Shown here in pieces: positions 8,132 through 16,831 of a stretch of DNA of 50,552 nt (the stretch's first letter is position 1; the number at the start of each line of letters is the position of its first letter). The position numbers and the translations under genes are program-made. The notes under the pieces were generated by a model that was not told where the DNA came from, searched no databases, and saw nothing but the letters and a program-made list of their open reading frames with translations. Location of the stretch: the sequence record NC_019725.1; one strand, written 5' to 3'. This DNA is from Escherichia phage ADB-2.

Positions 8132-8344
8132 ATGGCTACACGACTAACTCAATGGCAGATTTACGACAAGGCATCTCGCCTTCGTGAATCACTTCGAGGT
8201 CTGACACCGAATGATCGCATGGAAATCATCGGTCATGCATTGCACGAACTCACGCCGCATGAAGTAACCTATCATTCTTGCGGCAATAAATTTTGGAACG
8301 TAACATTCGAGGTGAAGAAAGATGAGCAAGATTCACAAACTTAA
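8132..8344 (+). CDS. hypothetical protein
   Basis: 70 aa from ATG after CCAATCAGAGGA leader. Confidence 0.5.
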   Translation: MATRLTQWQIYDKASRLRESLRGLTPNDRMEIIGHALHELTPHEVTYHSCGNKFWNVTFEVKKDEQDSQT

Positions 8345-8609
8345 GATCAATCCTGTACATTTCATTGGTGTAATGAACGGAACCAAAACGGCAGAGTTCC
8401 GCATCAATGACCGCAACTTCCAGGTTGGTGATATCATTGAGCTACGCGAGTTCGATCGTGACGAGTTTACTGGGTGGGAAGTTCACGCAAGGGTATCCGA
8501 TGTTACCGATGTGACGCCATACATCAATCGCGGGTATGACGATCAGGAATGCGACTTCACGCAATACGTGATGTTATCAATCAAACCTTACAGGAAGGTT
8601 AGACCATGA
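8322..8609 (+). CDS. ASCH/DUF3850-like small protein (PUA-like fold candidate)
   Basis: 95 aa; N-terminal pattern KIHKLKINPVHF...GTKTAEFRINDRNFQVGDIIELRE resembles the DUF3850 family; recalled from memory, not searched. Confidence 0.45.
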   Translation: MSKIHKLKINPVHFIGVMNGTKTAEFRINDRNFQVGDIIELREFDRDEFTGWEVHARVSDVTDVTPYINRGYDDQECDFTQYVMLSIKPYRKVRP

Positions 8610-9007
8610 AATTTGAATGCGTATCAAGTAGCGGATCTGGCTTTAAGTGGGGAAAAATCTACGAAGGCGCTCGAATCAATGACGACAGCTTCGTTGTCGT
8701 GGATGAGAACGGCAGTAACGTGAACATCATCCGTCGTCACGAGTACCAGGAAATTTTCCTGCCGTATTGCGGTAGTTCAAAATATATCTTCCATCGAATC
8801 GTGGATGGTGTTAAATTTAGAGACGTAATCGAAGCAATCAATCAACTGCATAATAAAGAGGTAAAATTTATGAAATTTGAATGTATCAGTGATAATACCA
8901 AAAAATTTACTGTTGGCAAAATCTACGACGTTCCTACTGAGCACGCAAAGCACACTGTAGCGCTTACTGACGATACGCCGTCACCGCATTGCTACCGTAA
9001 CGCATAA
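8606..9007 (+). CDS. hypothetical protein with internal tandem duplication
   Basis: 133 aa; MKFECVSSSGSGFKWGKIYEG and MKFECISDNTKKFTVGKIYDV are repeated modules; the second is preceded by an in-frame AAAGAGG RBS + ATG at 8871. Confidence 0.45.
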   Translation: MKFECVSSSGSGFKWGKIYEGARINDDSFVVVDENGSNVNIIRRHEYQEIFLPYCGSSKYIFHRIVDGVKFRDVIEAINQLHNKEVKFMKFECISDNTKKFTVGKIYDVPTEHAKHTVALTDDTPSPHCYRNA

Positions 9008-9256
9008 TGGCGAAGGTCTGCGATGGAATAGCGGCGGCACTAAGTTTGCAACGTTCGGCAAGAAGCGTAAGCGCACTTTCTGCGTTAAAGGCAAGGTTGC
9101 AGCAAACAAGAACCACAGCGTCAAGCCAATCGAAGTTGATGGTAAAGTCAAGCCTAAGCTGACCAACAAGGACATTGATAATCTGGCGAACCTGGCTATG
9201 GCTACCGTGCTTCTTATTTCTCTTATCGTGCTGTTTTTCGTAGTTTAACTTAAAGT

Positions 9257-9288
9257 GGGAATCGTTCCTGAGCGGTTCCCTATTTTTA
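9257..9288 (+). terminator. rho-independent terminator-like hairpin
   Basis: GGGAATCG-loop-CGGTTCCC followed by TATTTTTA. Confidence 0.55.
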
Positions 9289-9298
9289 TGAGGTGAAT

Positions 9299-9421
9299 AT
9301 GAATAGCTTTATGCCTGACTTTAAGAACTGGAAAAACGAACCTCCATCATTTCAGGAGTTGCTATTCTGCCTCCTGGTCCTGACATTATCTCTTAAGGGT
9401 GTTTTATGGCTACTATCATGA
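9299..9421 (+). CDS. small membrane protein (40 aa)
   Basis: ATG with GAGGTGA RBS; hydrophobic C-terminal half LLFCLLVLTLSL; below ORF-track cutoff. Confidence 0.35.
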   Translation: MNSFMPDFKNWKNEPPSFQELLFCLLVLTLSLKGVLWLLS

Positions 9422-9624
9422 CAGCAGAAGATGCAGCACGTGAAGCAGTGGAAGGAATGCGACCAAATACCTCCAGAATCGCACACTACTACAAATTTGA
9501 CGTATCAGCAGTGCAATTGGTCCATGAAATTTTAAGGCTCCCACAAGTCGATTCAGCGCGCGTGGTGACGTGCTTAAAAAATTATTTTTGCATCACTATT
9601 AAAACGAATAGCACGAATTGCTAA
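9406..9624 (+). CDS. hypothetical protein
   Basis: 72-aa ORF; C-terminus reads through element copy 11. Confidence 0.45.
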   Translation: MATIMTAEDAAREAVEGMRPNTSRIAHYYKFDVSAVQLVHEILRLPQVDSARVVTCLKNYFCITIKTNSTNC

Positions 9625-9627
9625 AAC
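9607..9627 (+). promoter_or_regulatory. conserved intergenic element (copy 11)
   Basis: AATAGCACGAATTGCTAAAAC then hairpin AGGGGAAT...ATTCCCCT. Confidence 0.6.
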
Positions 9628-9681
9628 CTATCAAGGGGAATGCGCTATGATTCCCCTACACCAAAAAACGAGGAAGCACGA

Positions 9682-10128
9682 ATGAAACACCTAATCTGTA
9701 TTGAAGCACCTAACGACGAGTACACTCTGCATGGTTTAGGTATGTTCAAAGGTCACTACATTACAGCTAAGATTCAAGATGACAAGCTGGATGATGGCGA
9801 TCTGGAAATCACATCGAAAGATGTTAATCCTTACATCATGCAGAATCTTGGAAATAACGAATATATGGCCTACGGCTGCAATGCGGTGTACAAGCATGTC
9901 AATATCCGCAAACGCGTTGTTCGAGCGTTCAAGAAAATTGCAATGAAATACTGGAAGATGAGCAAGAAAGATGCCGGGCGCTGGGCGCGTAACGCTGCTG
10001 ATTTATACTTCTATAGCAGCGGAGAGCCAGCCAACTTCCTGATCGATGAAATGATGGAAAATTATAGCGGCACATTCTGCCAAAGTGACTTTGACGCCTG
10101 GGTTGGACGCGAGTTAGATTACTGGTAA
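9682..10128 (+). CDS. hypothetical protein
   Basis: 148 aa from ATG with GAGGAAG RBS. Confidence 0.5.
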   Translation: MKHLICIEAPNDEYTLHGLGMFKGHYITAKIQDDKLDDGDLEITSKDVNPYIMQNLGNNEYMAYGCNAVYKHVNIRKRVVRAFKKIAMKYWKMSKKDAGRWARNAADLYFYSSGEPANFLIDEMMENYSGTFCQSDFDAWVGRELDYW

Positions 10129-10147
10129 TAGCACGAATTACTAAAAC
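10127..10147 (+). promoter_or_regulatory. conserved intergenic element (copy 12)
   Basis: AATAGCACGAATTACTAAAAC then hairpin AAGGGCAT...ATGCCCTT. Confidence 0.6.
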
Positions 10148-10211
10148 TTGCTCAAGGGCATTTGTTAGAATGCCCTTCGTTGAGTTAAGCAACCAATCAG
10201 AGGAATAAATC

Positions 10212-10823
10212 ATGGATAAAATCACAATTTGGGGCCAGACAATCAACCTGTTTCTCGGTACGCGCCGCGTAGCAATCTTTGACTTTGATGGAACACTTAG
10301 CGATGGATCTGGTCGACTTCACCTGCTACCTACAAAGGATTTGCACTTAACTGAAAGCTGGTCCGAGTTTAACCGCGCGGCAATATTTGACAACCCTATC
10401 CAAAGCACGATCGATGTGATGAACTCTATGTTTGCCGCTGGATATCATGTAATAATTTTAACCGGGCGAAGTGATGAGGTGCGTTACGCATCTGAGTTAT
10501 GGCTTAAGCATCACGGCGCTCGATATGATTACCTGATTATGCGACCGCATACCGACAACCGCAAAGACACGGTAATGAAAGAAGAGGCAGTGCGCGCTAT
10601 CGGCATTGATAACATTCTTGCGGCATGGGATGACTCACCGCAAATTATTCCATTATTCCGCTCGCTTGGAATAACAACTTACGCTGTAGTTGACTATGGC
10701 GATAACGTTCACAATCATTTAAAATCTCACGGGGTAGATGAGGTTTGCAATCATGAACCATCTGAGCCGCTACCGCCATTTGGTGAGAAAATTTGCATTA
10801 AGTGCAAGGAGTTATTGAAGTGA
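10212..10823 (+). CDS. HAD-superfamily phosphatase (polynucleotide 3'-phosphatase or nucleotidase-like)
   Basis: AIFDFDGTLSDG (HAD motif I DxDGT), ILTGR (motif II), downstream K and WDDS (motif IV). Confidence 0.6.
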   Translation: MDKITIWGQTINLFLGTRRVAIFDFDGTLSDGSGRLHLLPTKDLHLTESWSEFNRAAIFDNPIQSTIDVMNSMFAAGYHVIILTGRSDEVRYASELWLKHHGARYDYLIMRPHTDNRKDTVMKEEAVRAIGIDNILAAWDDSPQIIPLFRSLGITTYAVVDYGDNVHNHLKSHGVDEVCNHEPSEPLPPFGEKICIKCKELLK

Positions 10824-10931
10824 ACCTATACGAATTTATTGCAGCGCATCCGGTATTAACGGTTATCATTCTGCTAATCATCAATCACACTATCATCAAT
10901 GTAGCAAAATTATTTTTAGGGAGATGCTAAC

Positions 10932-11504
10932 ATGAAAACAGCTATCATTTTAAACGGTGCACCTGGTGCTGGAAAGGACACTATCGGATGCATCCTGGCT
11001 GACACTTACGATCATGTAGCTTTGCGCAGCTTCAAAGCACCAATGTTTGAGATTGCTCGGGCAATCTTGGGTGAAACTAACTACGAGTATTTCATGTTCT
11101 TGTATGAGGACCGTAGTTACAAAGAAGAGCCAGCATCAATCCTGAACGGTAAAAGCCCGCGCCAGTTTATGATCTGGATTAGCGAGGAAGTCATCAAGCC
11201 GCAGTTCGGAAATCGATTCTTCGGTATGCGAGCGGAAAGCAAGGTGAAAGAGTCGCACTCACTTTCGGTATTTACTGACGGGGGATTCAAAGACGAGATC
11301 TTGCAAATGATTGAAGGAGATATCCAGGTCAAGCTATGCCGCATACATCGCAACGGTTGCAACTTCGATAACGACAGTCGCGATTATATCTATCTGGACG
11401 ATATGATCGGGGTTAACGGTTATCAGGAATGTGACTTCTTCTCTGTCGAAGGTCATCCAGAAATTACCGCTCAGCACATAGCCGCTACGTTCATCAACAA
11501 ATAG
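10932..11504 (+). CDS. P-loop nucleotide/nucleoside-monophosphate kinase-like protein
   Basis: N-terminal Walker A ILNGAPGAGKDT, reminiscent of phage dNMP kinases; adjacent to HAD phosphatase. Confidence 0.55.
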   Translation: MKTAIILNGAPGAGKDTIGCILADTYDHVALRSFKAPMFEIARAILGETNYEYFMFLYEDRSYKEEPASILNGKSPRQFMIWISEEVIKPQFGNRFFGMRAESKVKESHSLSVFTDGGFKDEILQMIEGDIQVKLCRIHRNGCNFDNDSRDYIYLDDMIGVNGYQECDFFSVEGHPEITAQHIAATFINK

Positions 11505-11520
11505 CACGAATTGCTAAAAC
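11499..11520 (+). promoter_or_regulatory. conserved intergenic element (copy 13)
   Basis: AAATAGCACGAATTGCTAAAAC; TAG = stop of kinase gene. Confidence 0.6.
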
Positions 11521-11576
11521 GTCGGTGGGGTGATTTGATATAGTTACCTCATCGACAACGAAGAGAGAAAATCGAA

Positions 11577-11786
11577 ATGATGGTATCAACTGATAAGTTT
11601 TTCACTTGCACTAAAACTTCTGAAGTATTCGAACTGGTTCATACTGATAACGGCGATTTCATGCATGACGGTTGCGACGTTTTCATTGAAGTGAAAGAAA
11701 GCGACTATGATGACGGGGTTTATTACAACCCGGCAGTGAACACTCAGTTTTTTACACCGATCGGAGATGAGGGAGAAGAGGCATGA
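11577..11786 (+). CDS. hypothetical protein
   Basis: 69-aa ORF. Confidence 0.45.
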   Translation: MMVSTDKFFTCTKTSEVFELVHTDNGDFMHDGCDVFIEVKESDYDDGVYYNPAVNTQFFTPIGDEGEEA

Positions 11787-12127
11787 TTACGATTAACCTG
11801 TCAGAGAAGCAAGCTCGTGAAATCCTTGATTCGATCGGCGACCAGTTGCATATAAAAGGAGCAGCCGCCGAGTTGCTAAACCAGATCGAAAAACAACTTA
11901 CTCCTGTGTCAACGAATCAAGCTGAGTTTGCAGCCTGGAAAAGCGAGCGAATCCTGCCCAATATCATCAAGGCATGGAAGCGCAAGCATAAAAAAGAAAT
12001 CAATGTTGATGACTTATTTACTGATGAATTAAGCCCTTCAAAGGTTGCTCAATATCAGTTGCGATACATGGAATCAGTTTGCAATCAGGTTTTAGGTGTT
12101 AATTTTTCATTTGGGAGAGGTAAATAA
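11783..12127 (+). CDS. hypothetical protein
   Basis: 114-aa ORF, start overlaps upstream stop. Confidence 0.5.
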   Translation: MITINLSEKQAREILDSIGDQLHIKGAAAELLNQIEKQLTPVSTNQAEFAAWKSERILPNIIKAWKRKHKKEINVDDLFTDELSPSKVAQYQLRYMESVCNQVLGVNFSFGRGK

Positions 12128-12330
12128 TGTTCGGTTTAAGTGAAGCGGAATGGAACGTAGTAAAGCGCGCAGCGAAGGAATTGAATAAATTCGTTAGCGG
12201 AATGAAGAAAGAAGATCGCAAAAACGAAAAGATTATGATTGATGTGATCTCAACTCATCACAAAAAGGTTGAGCTACTCATTGATCGATACAAGTTTGTA
12301 TGGACCGCCGGATATATTGCAGGCGCTTAG
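12127..12330 (+). CDS. hypothetical protein
   Basis: 67-aa ORF. Confidence 0.45.
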   Translation: MFGLSEAEWNVVKRAAKELNKFVSGMKKEDRKNEKIMIDVISTHHKKVELLIDRYKFVWTAGYIAGA

Positions 12331-12355
12331 GTAATAAAGAGGGGGATTACGAATA

Positions 12356-12559
12356 ATGGCTAACTTACCGAAGAAAGGTGATCAGGTTCGATGCATTACA
12401 TCACGCAATAGTGATGCTTTCTCAGCGGGATGCTCTTACGATGTGGAAAAGGTTAGTAAAGCAAAGAGACTCGTATATGTGTACGGCGACGATGGAAACT
12501 TGCATGAGATTGATTACCCGCAGGATATGACTAAGGGGCAATTCGAAATTAATGATTGA
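12356..12559 (+). CDS. hypothetical protein
   Basis: 67-aa ORF with AGGGGGA RBS. Confidence 0.5.
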   Translation: MANLPKKGDQVRCITSRNSDAFSAGCSYDVEKVSKAKRLVYVYGDDGNLHEIDYPQDMTKGQFEIND

Positions 12560-12723
12560 CCTGAATCGCTGAGCGGTGATAGTATTAATCCCGTAGACAA
12601 ACGAGGCGCAAAGAAGCGCAACGCGTGAGATGATTCTCACACTTTCAGCTAAAAAGCTCGGTTGCATAGTGGTTAAGCAACGCCGCAGACCCGTAAGCGG
12701 CAACAATTCCAGAGGATTGCATA

Positions 12724-12885
12724 ATGCAAAATATCAAAGACGAATCAGTCAAAATCGAAATTAAAGTAACTCGCAACGGCAAAACTACTCGTTATAAAAA
12801 GCGGTTAAATCCTGGAGAGGCCGTTATTGGTCGCATCGATGGCGTTATGATTAAGGCGCAAGAAGATGAAGCGATTCAAAGTTAA
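12724..12885 (+). CDS. small basic protein (53 aa)
   Basis: ATG-initiated ORF MQNIKDESVKIEIKVTRNGK...; weak RBS; below ORF-track cutoff. Confidence 0.3.
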   Translation: MQNIKDESVKIEIKVTRNGKTTRYKKRLNPGEAVIGRIDGVMIKAQEDEAIQS

Positions 12886-13051
12886 ATTAATCATTCGAAA
12901 GATGGGGATGTTTTGCCAATCATGCAAACAATCTTTCGAGACTGAATTATCAGCAACCAGTCAGGCAGAAGCCATCACGAAAGCCAAAAAACTTTCAGGC
13001 GCTAACCTCGACACTCACAAAATAAACATTGAATTAATTAAGGAGATTTAA
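12866..13051 (+). CDS. hypothetical protein (possible CxxC protein)
   Basis: 61-aa ORF; alternative start at 12902 (MGMFCQSC). Confidence 0.35.
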   Translation: MKRFKVKLIIRKMGMFCQSCKQSFETELSATSQAEAITKAKKLSGANLDTHKINIELIKEI

Positions 13052-13052
13052 C

Positions 13053-13280
13053 ATGACAGTTTTTTTATTGATTATCGCTGGTGTCATTATTTTTGGTGCT
13101 GGTTTGTTTGCTGGATTCGCGCTTGTTGCGGCGGCAATTGCGATGGACGCGAAGGATAAAACGGGTGTATGGCTTACCTACTCACCAAAGAAGGACCAAT
13201 GGGAAATGACTGGCGATCTTGCTCACTGCTACGCTAAAGCGCAGACTCACCCTAAAGGCATTAAACGACGATTATCGTGA
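13053..13280 (+). CDS. small membrane protein
   Basis: 75 aa with N-terminal hydrophobic helix MTVFLLIIAGVIIFGAGLFAGFALVAAAIA. Confidence 0.5.
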   Translation: MTVFLLIIAGVIIFGAGLFAGFALVAAAIAMDAKDKTGVWLTYSPKKDQWEMTGDLAHCYAKAQTHPKGIKRRLS

Positions 13281-13287
13281 TAAACAC

Positions 13288-13311
13288 TAACCCGCTTCGG
13301 CGGGTTTTTTT
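13288..13311 (+). terminator. rho-independent terminator
   Basis: CCCGCTTCGGCGGG hairpin + TTTTTTT. Confidence 0.8.
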
Positions 13312-13323
13312 ATGCCTGCAATA

Positions 13324-13332
13324 TGGTAAAAT
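13324..13332 (+). promoter_or_regulatory. extended -10-like box TGgTAAAAT
   Basis: Directly after terminator and overlapping start of element copy 14. Confidence 0.35.
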
Positions 13333-13349
13333 AGCACTAAATGTTAAAC
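13329..13349 (+). promoter_or_regulatory. conserved intergenic element (copy 14)
   Basis: AAATAGCACTAAATGTTAAAC immediately followed by RBS AAGAGGA and the terminase small subunit ATG. Confidence 0.6.
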
Positions 13350-13364
13350 AAAGAGGATGGATTT

Positions 13365-13888
13365 ATGACTGAACCTAAGAACGCCCCCGTTGTCCAGGGA
13401 GGTAATTTCAAAGAGCTATACAAGAAAAAGTTCGGCACTGTTCTTGCGAAGAATCGGGCAATGACTCCTGAGCAATTATTCGATCTGTCAGTGAAGTATT
13501 TTGAGTGGGCCGAAGATAATGCGATCAAGCGTCAGAATCAGCCAGCTTCCAGGGTGGCGTTTACGAGTCACTTGTTCATAAGCCGCGCGTCTTCACTTGG
13601 ACCGGATACCGACTATTCATAGGAGCAAGCGAGGCCGCAATCATTAAATGGAAACGAGAGGAAGAATACAGTGAGGTTATGGAGTTCGTGGAATCTGTAA
13701 TCAACGAGCAAAAATTCCAGCTTGCTGCCAACGGTGTGATTAACGCTTCCTTTATCGGTAAGGATTTGGGAATCGATAAGCCAGCCTCAATCAATATCGA
13801 AAACTCGTCAGCTTCCGCATCGACAGTAGTCGCCACTACTGAGGATGCAATGAAAGAGGCAGTAAACAGCATTCTTGATATGCTTTAA
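13365..13888 (+). CDS. terminase small subunit (frame disrupted near 13545-13600)
   Basis: N-terminal part (frame of 13365) and C-terminal part (...PRVFTWTGYRLFIGASEAAIIKW...) lie in frames offset by -1; first gene of the packaging/head cluster. Confidence 0.55.
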
Positions 13889-13926
13889 CGTTAGGGGCGC
13901 GCAAGCGCCCATACAGGAGAATTGAT

Positions 13927-15501
13927 ATGATTCAATGGGAAGAACTCGACGCAACTCAGAAGTTAGCGATCAAGAAAATGAGCGAGGCCAATTTCGAAAA
14001 AATGATTCGGATCTGGTTCCAGCTTATGCAGGCGCAGCAGTTCCAGCCTAACTGGCATCACCTTTACCTATGCCACGAAGTGGAGGAAATCATTGCAGGC
14101 CGACGCGGGAATACTATCTTTAACGTCACGCCCGGTTCCGGTAAGACTGAGGTGTTCTCAATCCACCTTCCGGTTTACGCGATGCTCAAGTGTAAGAAGG
14201 TGCGAAACCTTAACGTGTCGTTTGCCGATAGTCTGGTTAAGCGTAACAGTAAGCGAGTGCGTGAGATTATCAGTAGCAACGAGTTCCAGGAGCTATGGCC
14301 CTGTAAGTTCGGCACATCAAAAGACGAAGAGATGCAAGTCCTTAACAGCGACGGTAAGGTCTGGTTCGAACTAATCTCCGCAGCGGCTGGCGGTCGAATT
14401 ACAGGTTCGCGTGGCGGCTACATGACGCCAGGATTCTCCGGGATGGTAATGCTCGACGATATAGACAAGCCTGACGATATGTTCTCAAAGGTTAAGCGTG
14501 AGCGTACTCACATGCTATTGAAGAACACCATACGATCCCGTCGTATGCACAACGAGACGCCAATTATTGCAATCCAGCAGCGACTGCACGCGCAGGATTC
14601 AACTTGGTTTATGATGAATGGAGGTATGGGTATTGAGTTTGACCAGATCTCGATCCCGGCGCTGGTGACTGAAGAATACGGAAAGACACTTCCTGATTGG
14701 TTGCAGCCTTACTTTGAGCGTGATGTTTTAGCGTCTGAGTATGTAGAATTGGATGGTGTTAAGCATTACTCTTTTTGGCCCAGCAAGGAAAGCGTTCACG
14801 ACCTGTTAGCGTTACGAGAAGCAGATCAGTATACCTTTGATTCTCAGTATCAGCAGAAACCGATCGCGCTGGGTGGCTCCGTGTTTAACTCGGAGTGGTG
14901 GACTTATTACGGAAGCAGCCTTGACGCTGACGAGCCAGATCCTGGTAAATATGATTACCGTTTTATCACCGCTGATACCGCTCAGAAGACAGGTGAGCTA
15001 AACGACTACACAGTCTTTTGTTTGTGGGGTAAGAAAAACGATAAGGTTTACTTTATCGACGGCATTCGCGGTAAGTGGGAAGCGCCGGATATGGAGAAAC
15101 AATTTACCGCCTTTGTGAATCAGGCATGGAGGCACAATAAATCAATGGGCGTGCTTCGCAAAATCTACGTGGAAGATAAAGCGAGCGGAACGGGCTTGAT
15201 TCAGAACTTAAGGAAAAAGACTCCGATCTCTATCACTCCGTTGCAGCGTAACAAAGACAAAGTTACCCGCGCGATGGATGCTCAGCCAGTAATCAAGGCT
15301 GGGCGCGTAGTTCTTCCAGAAGAGCACCCTATGCTCGCGGAAATCATCGCAGAACATAGCGCGTTCACTTACGATGACACGCATCCGCACGACGATATTG
15401 TCGATAACTTCATGGACGCTGCAAACATTGAACTACTGACAATTGACGATCCTATCGAGAGAATGAAGCGACTCGCGGGATGGTTAAGCGGTAATAAATG
15501 A
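13927..15501 (+). CDS. terminase large subunit
   Basis: 524 aa; Walker A-like TPGSGKT near N-terminus; acidic nuclease-like C-terminal half; position before portal. Confidence 0.85.
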   Translation: MIQWEELDATQKLAIKKMSEANFEKMIRIWFQLMQAQQFQPNWHHLYLCHEVEEIIAGRRGNTIFNVTPGSGKTEVFSIHLPVYAMLKCKKVRNLNVSFADSLVKRNSKRVREIISSNEFQELWPCKFGTSKDEEMQVLNSDGKVWFELISAAAGGRITGSRGGYMTPGFSGMVMLDDIDKPDDMFSKVKRERTHMLLKNTIRSRRMHNETPIIAIQQRLHAQDSTWFMMNGGMGIEFDQISIPALVTEEYGKTLPDWLQPYFERDVLASEYVELDGVKHYSFWPSKESVHDLLALREADQYTFDSQYQQKPIALGGSVFNSEWWTYYGSSLDADEPDPGKYDYRFITADTAQKTGELNDYTVFCLWGKKNDKVYFIDGIRGKWEAPDMEKQFTAFVNQAWRHNKSMGVLRKIYVEDKASGTGLIQNLRKKTPISITPLQRNKDKVTRAMDAQPVIKAGRVVLPEEHPMLAEIIAEHSAFTYDDTHPHDDIVDNFMDAANIELLTIDDPIERMKRLAGWLSGNK

Positions 15502-15511
15502 GATATAATCA

Positions 15512-15539
15512 GGGCTGTCAATTGACGGCCCTTTTTATT
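15512..15539 (+). terminator. hairpin + T-run between terminase and portal (attenuator/terminator-like)
   Basis: GGGCTGTCAA/TTGACGGCCC stem (1 mismatch) + TTTTTATT. Confidence 0.45.
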
Positions 15540-15548
15540 GGAGGAAAC

Positions 15549-16831
15549 ATGAAAATTGTTAAGCATGATGGATATAACGATATCTTTAACGGCGGCGCGG
15601 ACGGATCGCCTAAGCCATTCTTTATGTCTGATGCATCATATCACGTCGGTTCTTTCTACAACGACAACGCAACCGCGAAGCGAATTGTGGATGTTATCCC
15701 GGAAGAGATGGTGACGGCTGGATTTAAAATGTCAGGTGTTAAGGATGAAAAAGAGTTCAAATCTTTATGGGATAGCTACAAACTTGATTCAAGTCTGGTG
15801 GATCTTCTTTGTTGGGCGCGACTTTACGGTGGCGCGGCGATGGTGGCAATCATCAACGACAACCGGATGTTAACCAGTCAGGCAAAGCCTGGAGCTAAAC
15901 TTGAAGGCGTCCGAGTTTACGATCGATTTGCTATCACTGTTGAAAAGCGAGTCACCAATGCAAGATCCCCTCGCTATGGTGAGCCTGAAATTTACAAGGT
16001 ATCCCCTGGCGACAATATGCAGCCGTATCTGATTCATCACTCAAGAGTCTTTATTGCTGATGGTGAACGAGTAACGCAACAGGCAAGAAAGCAGAATCAA
16101 GGATGGGGGCGTCGGTATTGAACAAGTCACTGATTGATGCAATCTGTGACTATGATTACTGTGAATCTCTGGCCACTCAGATCTTGCGACGTAAGCAACA
16201 GGCTGTATGGAAGGTCAAAGGTCTTGCCGAAATGTGTGATGATGATGATGCTCAGTATGCCGCTCGACTGCGACTTGCTCAGGTTGATGATAACTCCGGC
16301 GTAGGTCGTGCGATCGGTATCGATGCTGAGACTGAGGAATATGACGTTCTCAACTCTGATATCAGCGGAGTTCCTGAGTTCTTATCAAGCAAGATGGACC
16401 GCATCGTCTCCCTGTCAGGGATTCATGAGATTATCATCAAGAATAAGAACGTAGGTGGCGTATCAGCGAGCCAAAACACAGCGCTTGAGACTTTCTATAA
16501 GCTAGTCGACCGCAAGCGTGAGGAAGACTACAGGCCGCTTCTTGAGTTCTTGTTACCGTTCATTGTTGAAGAGGAAGAGTGGTCTATCGAGTTTGAGCCT
16601 TTGTCTGTTCCTAGCAAGAAAGAGGAATCAGAGATCACGAAGAATAACGTTGAGTCAGTCACAAAGGCTATCACTGAGCAAATCATCGATCTGGAAGAAG
16701 CTCGCGACACGTTGCGATCTATTGCCCCTGAGTTCAAACTCAAGGATGGAAATAACATCAACATTCGCGAACCTGAAGAAACAACCGAGCCGGAGCCTGG
16801 ATTAGGGGAGAAGTTAGAAGATGAAAATTAA
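15549..16831 (+). CDS. portal protein (frame disrupted at G-run ~16104-16110)
   Basis: Two adjacent ORFs offset by -1 at GGGGG run; combined ~430 aa with acidic C-terminus, directly downstream of terminase large subunit; GGAGGA RBS before ATG 15549. Confidence 0.7.

Noticed and set aside
12560-12723. Possible tRNA gene in the hairpin-rich non-coding stretch
   Set aside because: No GTTCRANYC T-loop motif, no plausible acceptor stem or anticodon arm spacing; the hairpins are too short and irregular for a cloverleaf
13341-13364. ATG at 13341 as the start of the terminase small subunit
   Set aside because: This ATG lies inside the conserved element and lacks an RBS; the ATG at 13365 has an AAGAGGA RBS at proper spacing
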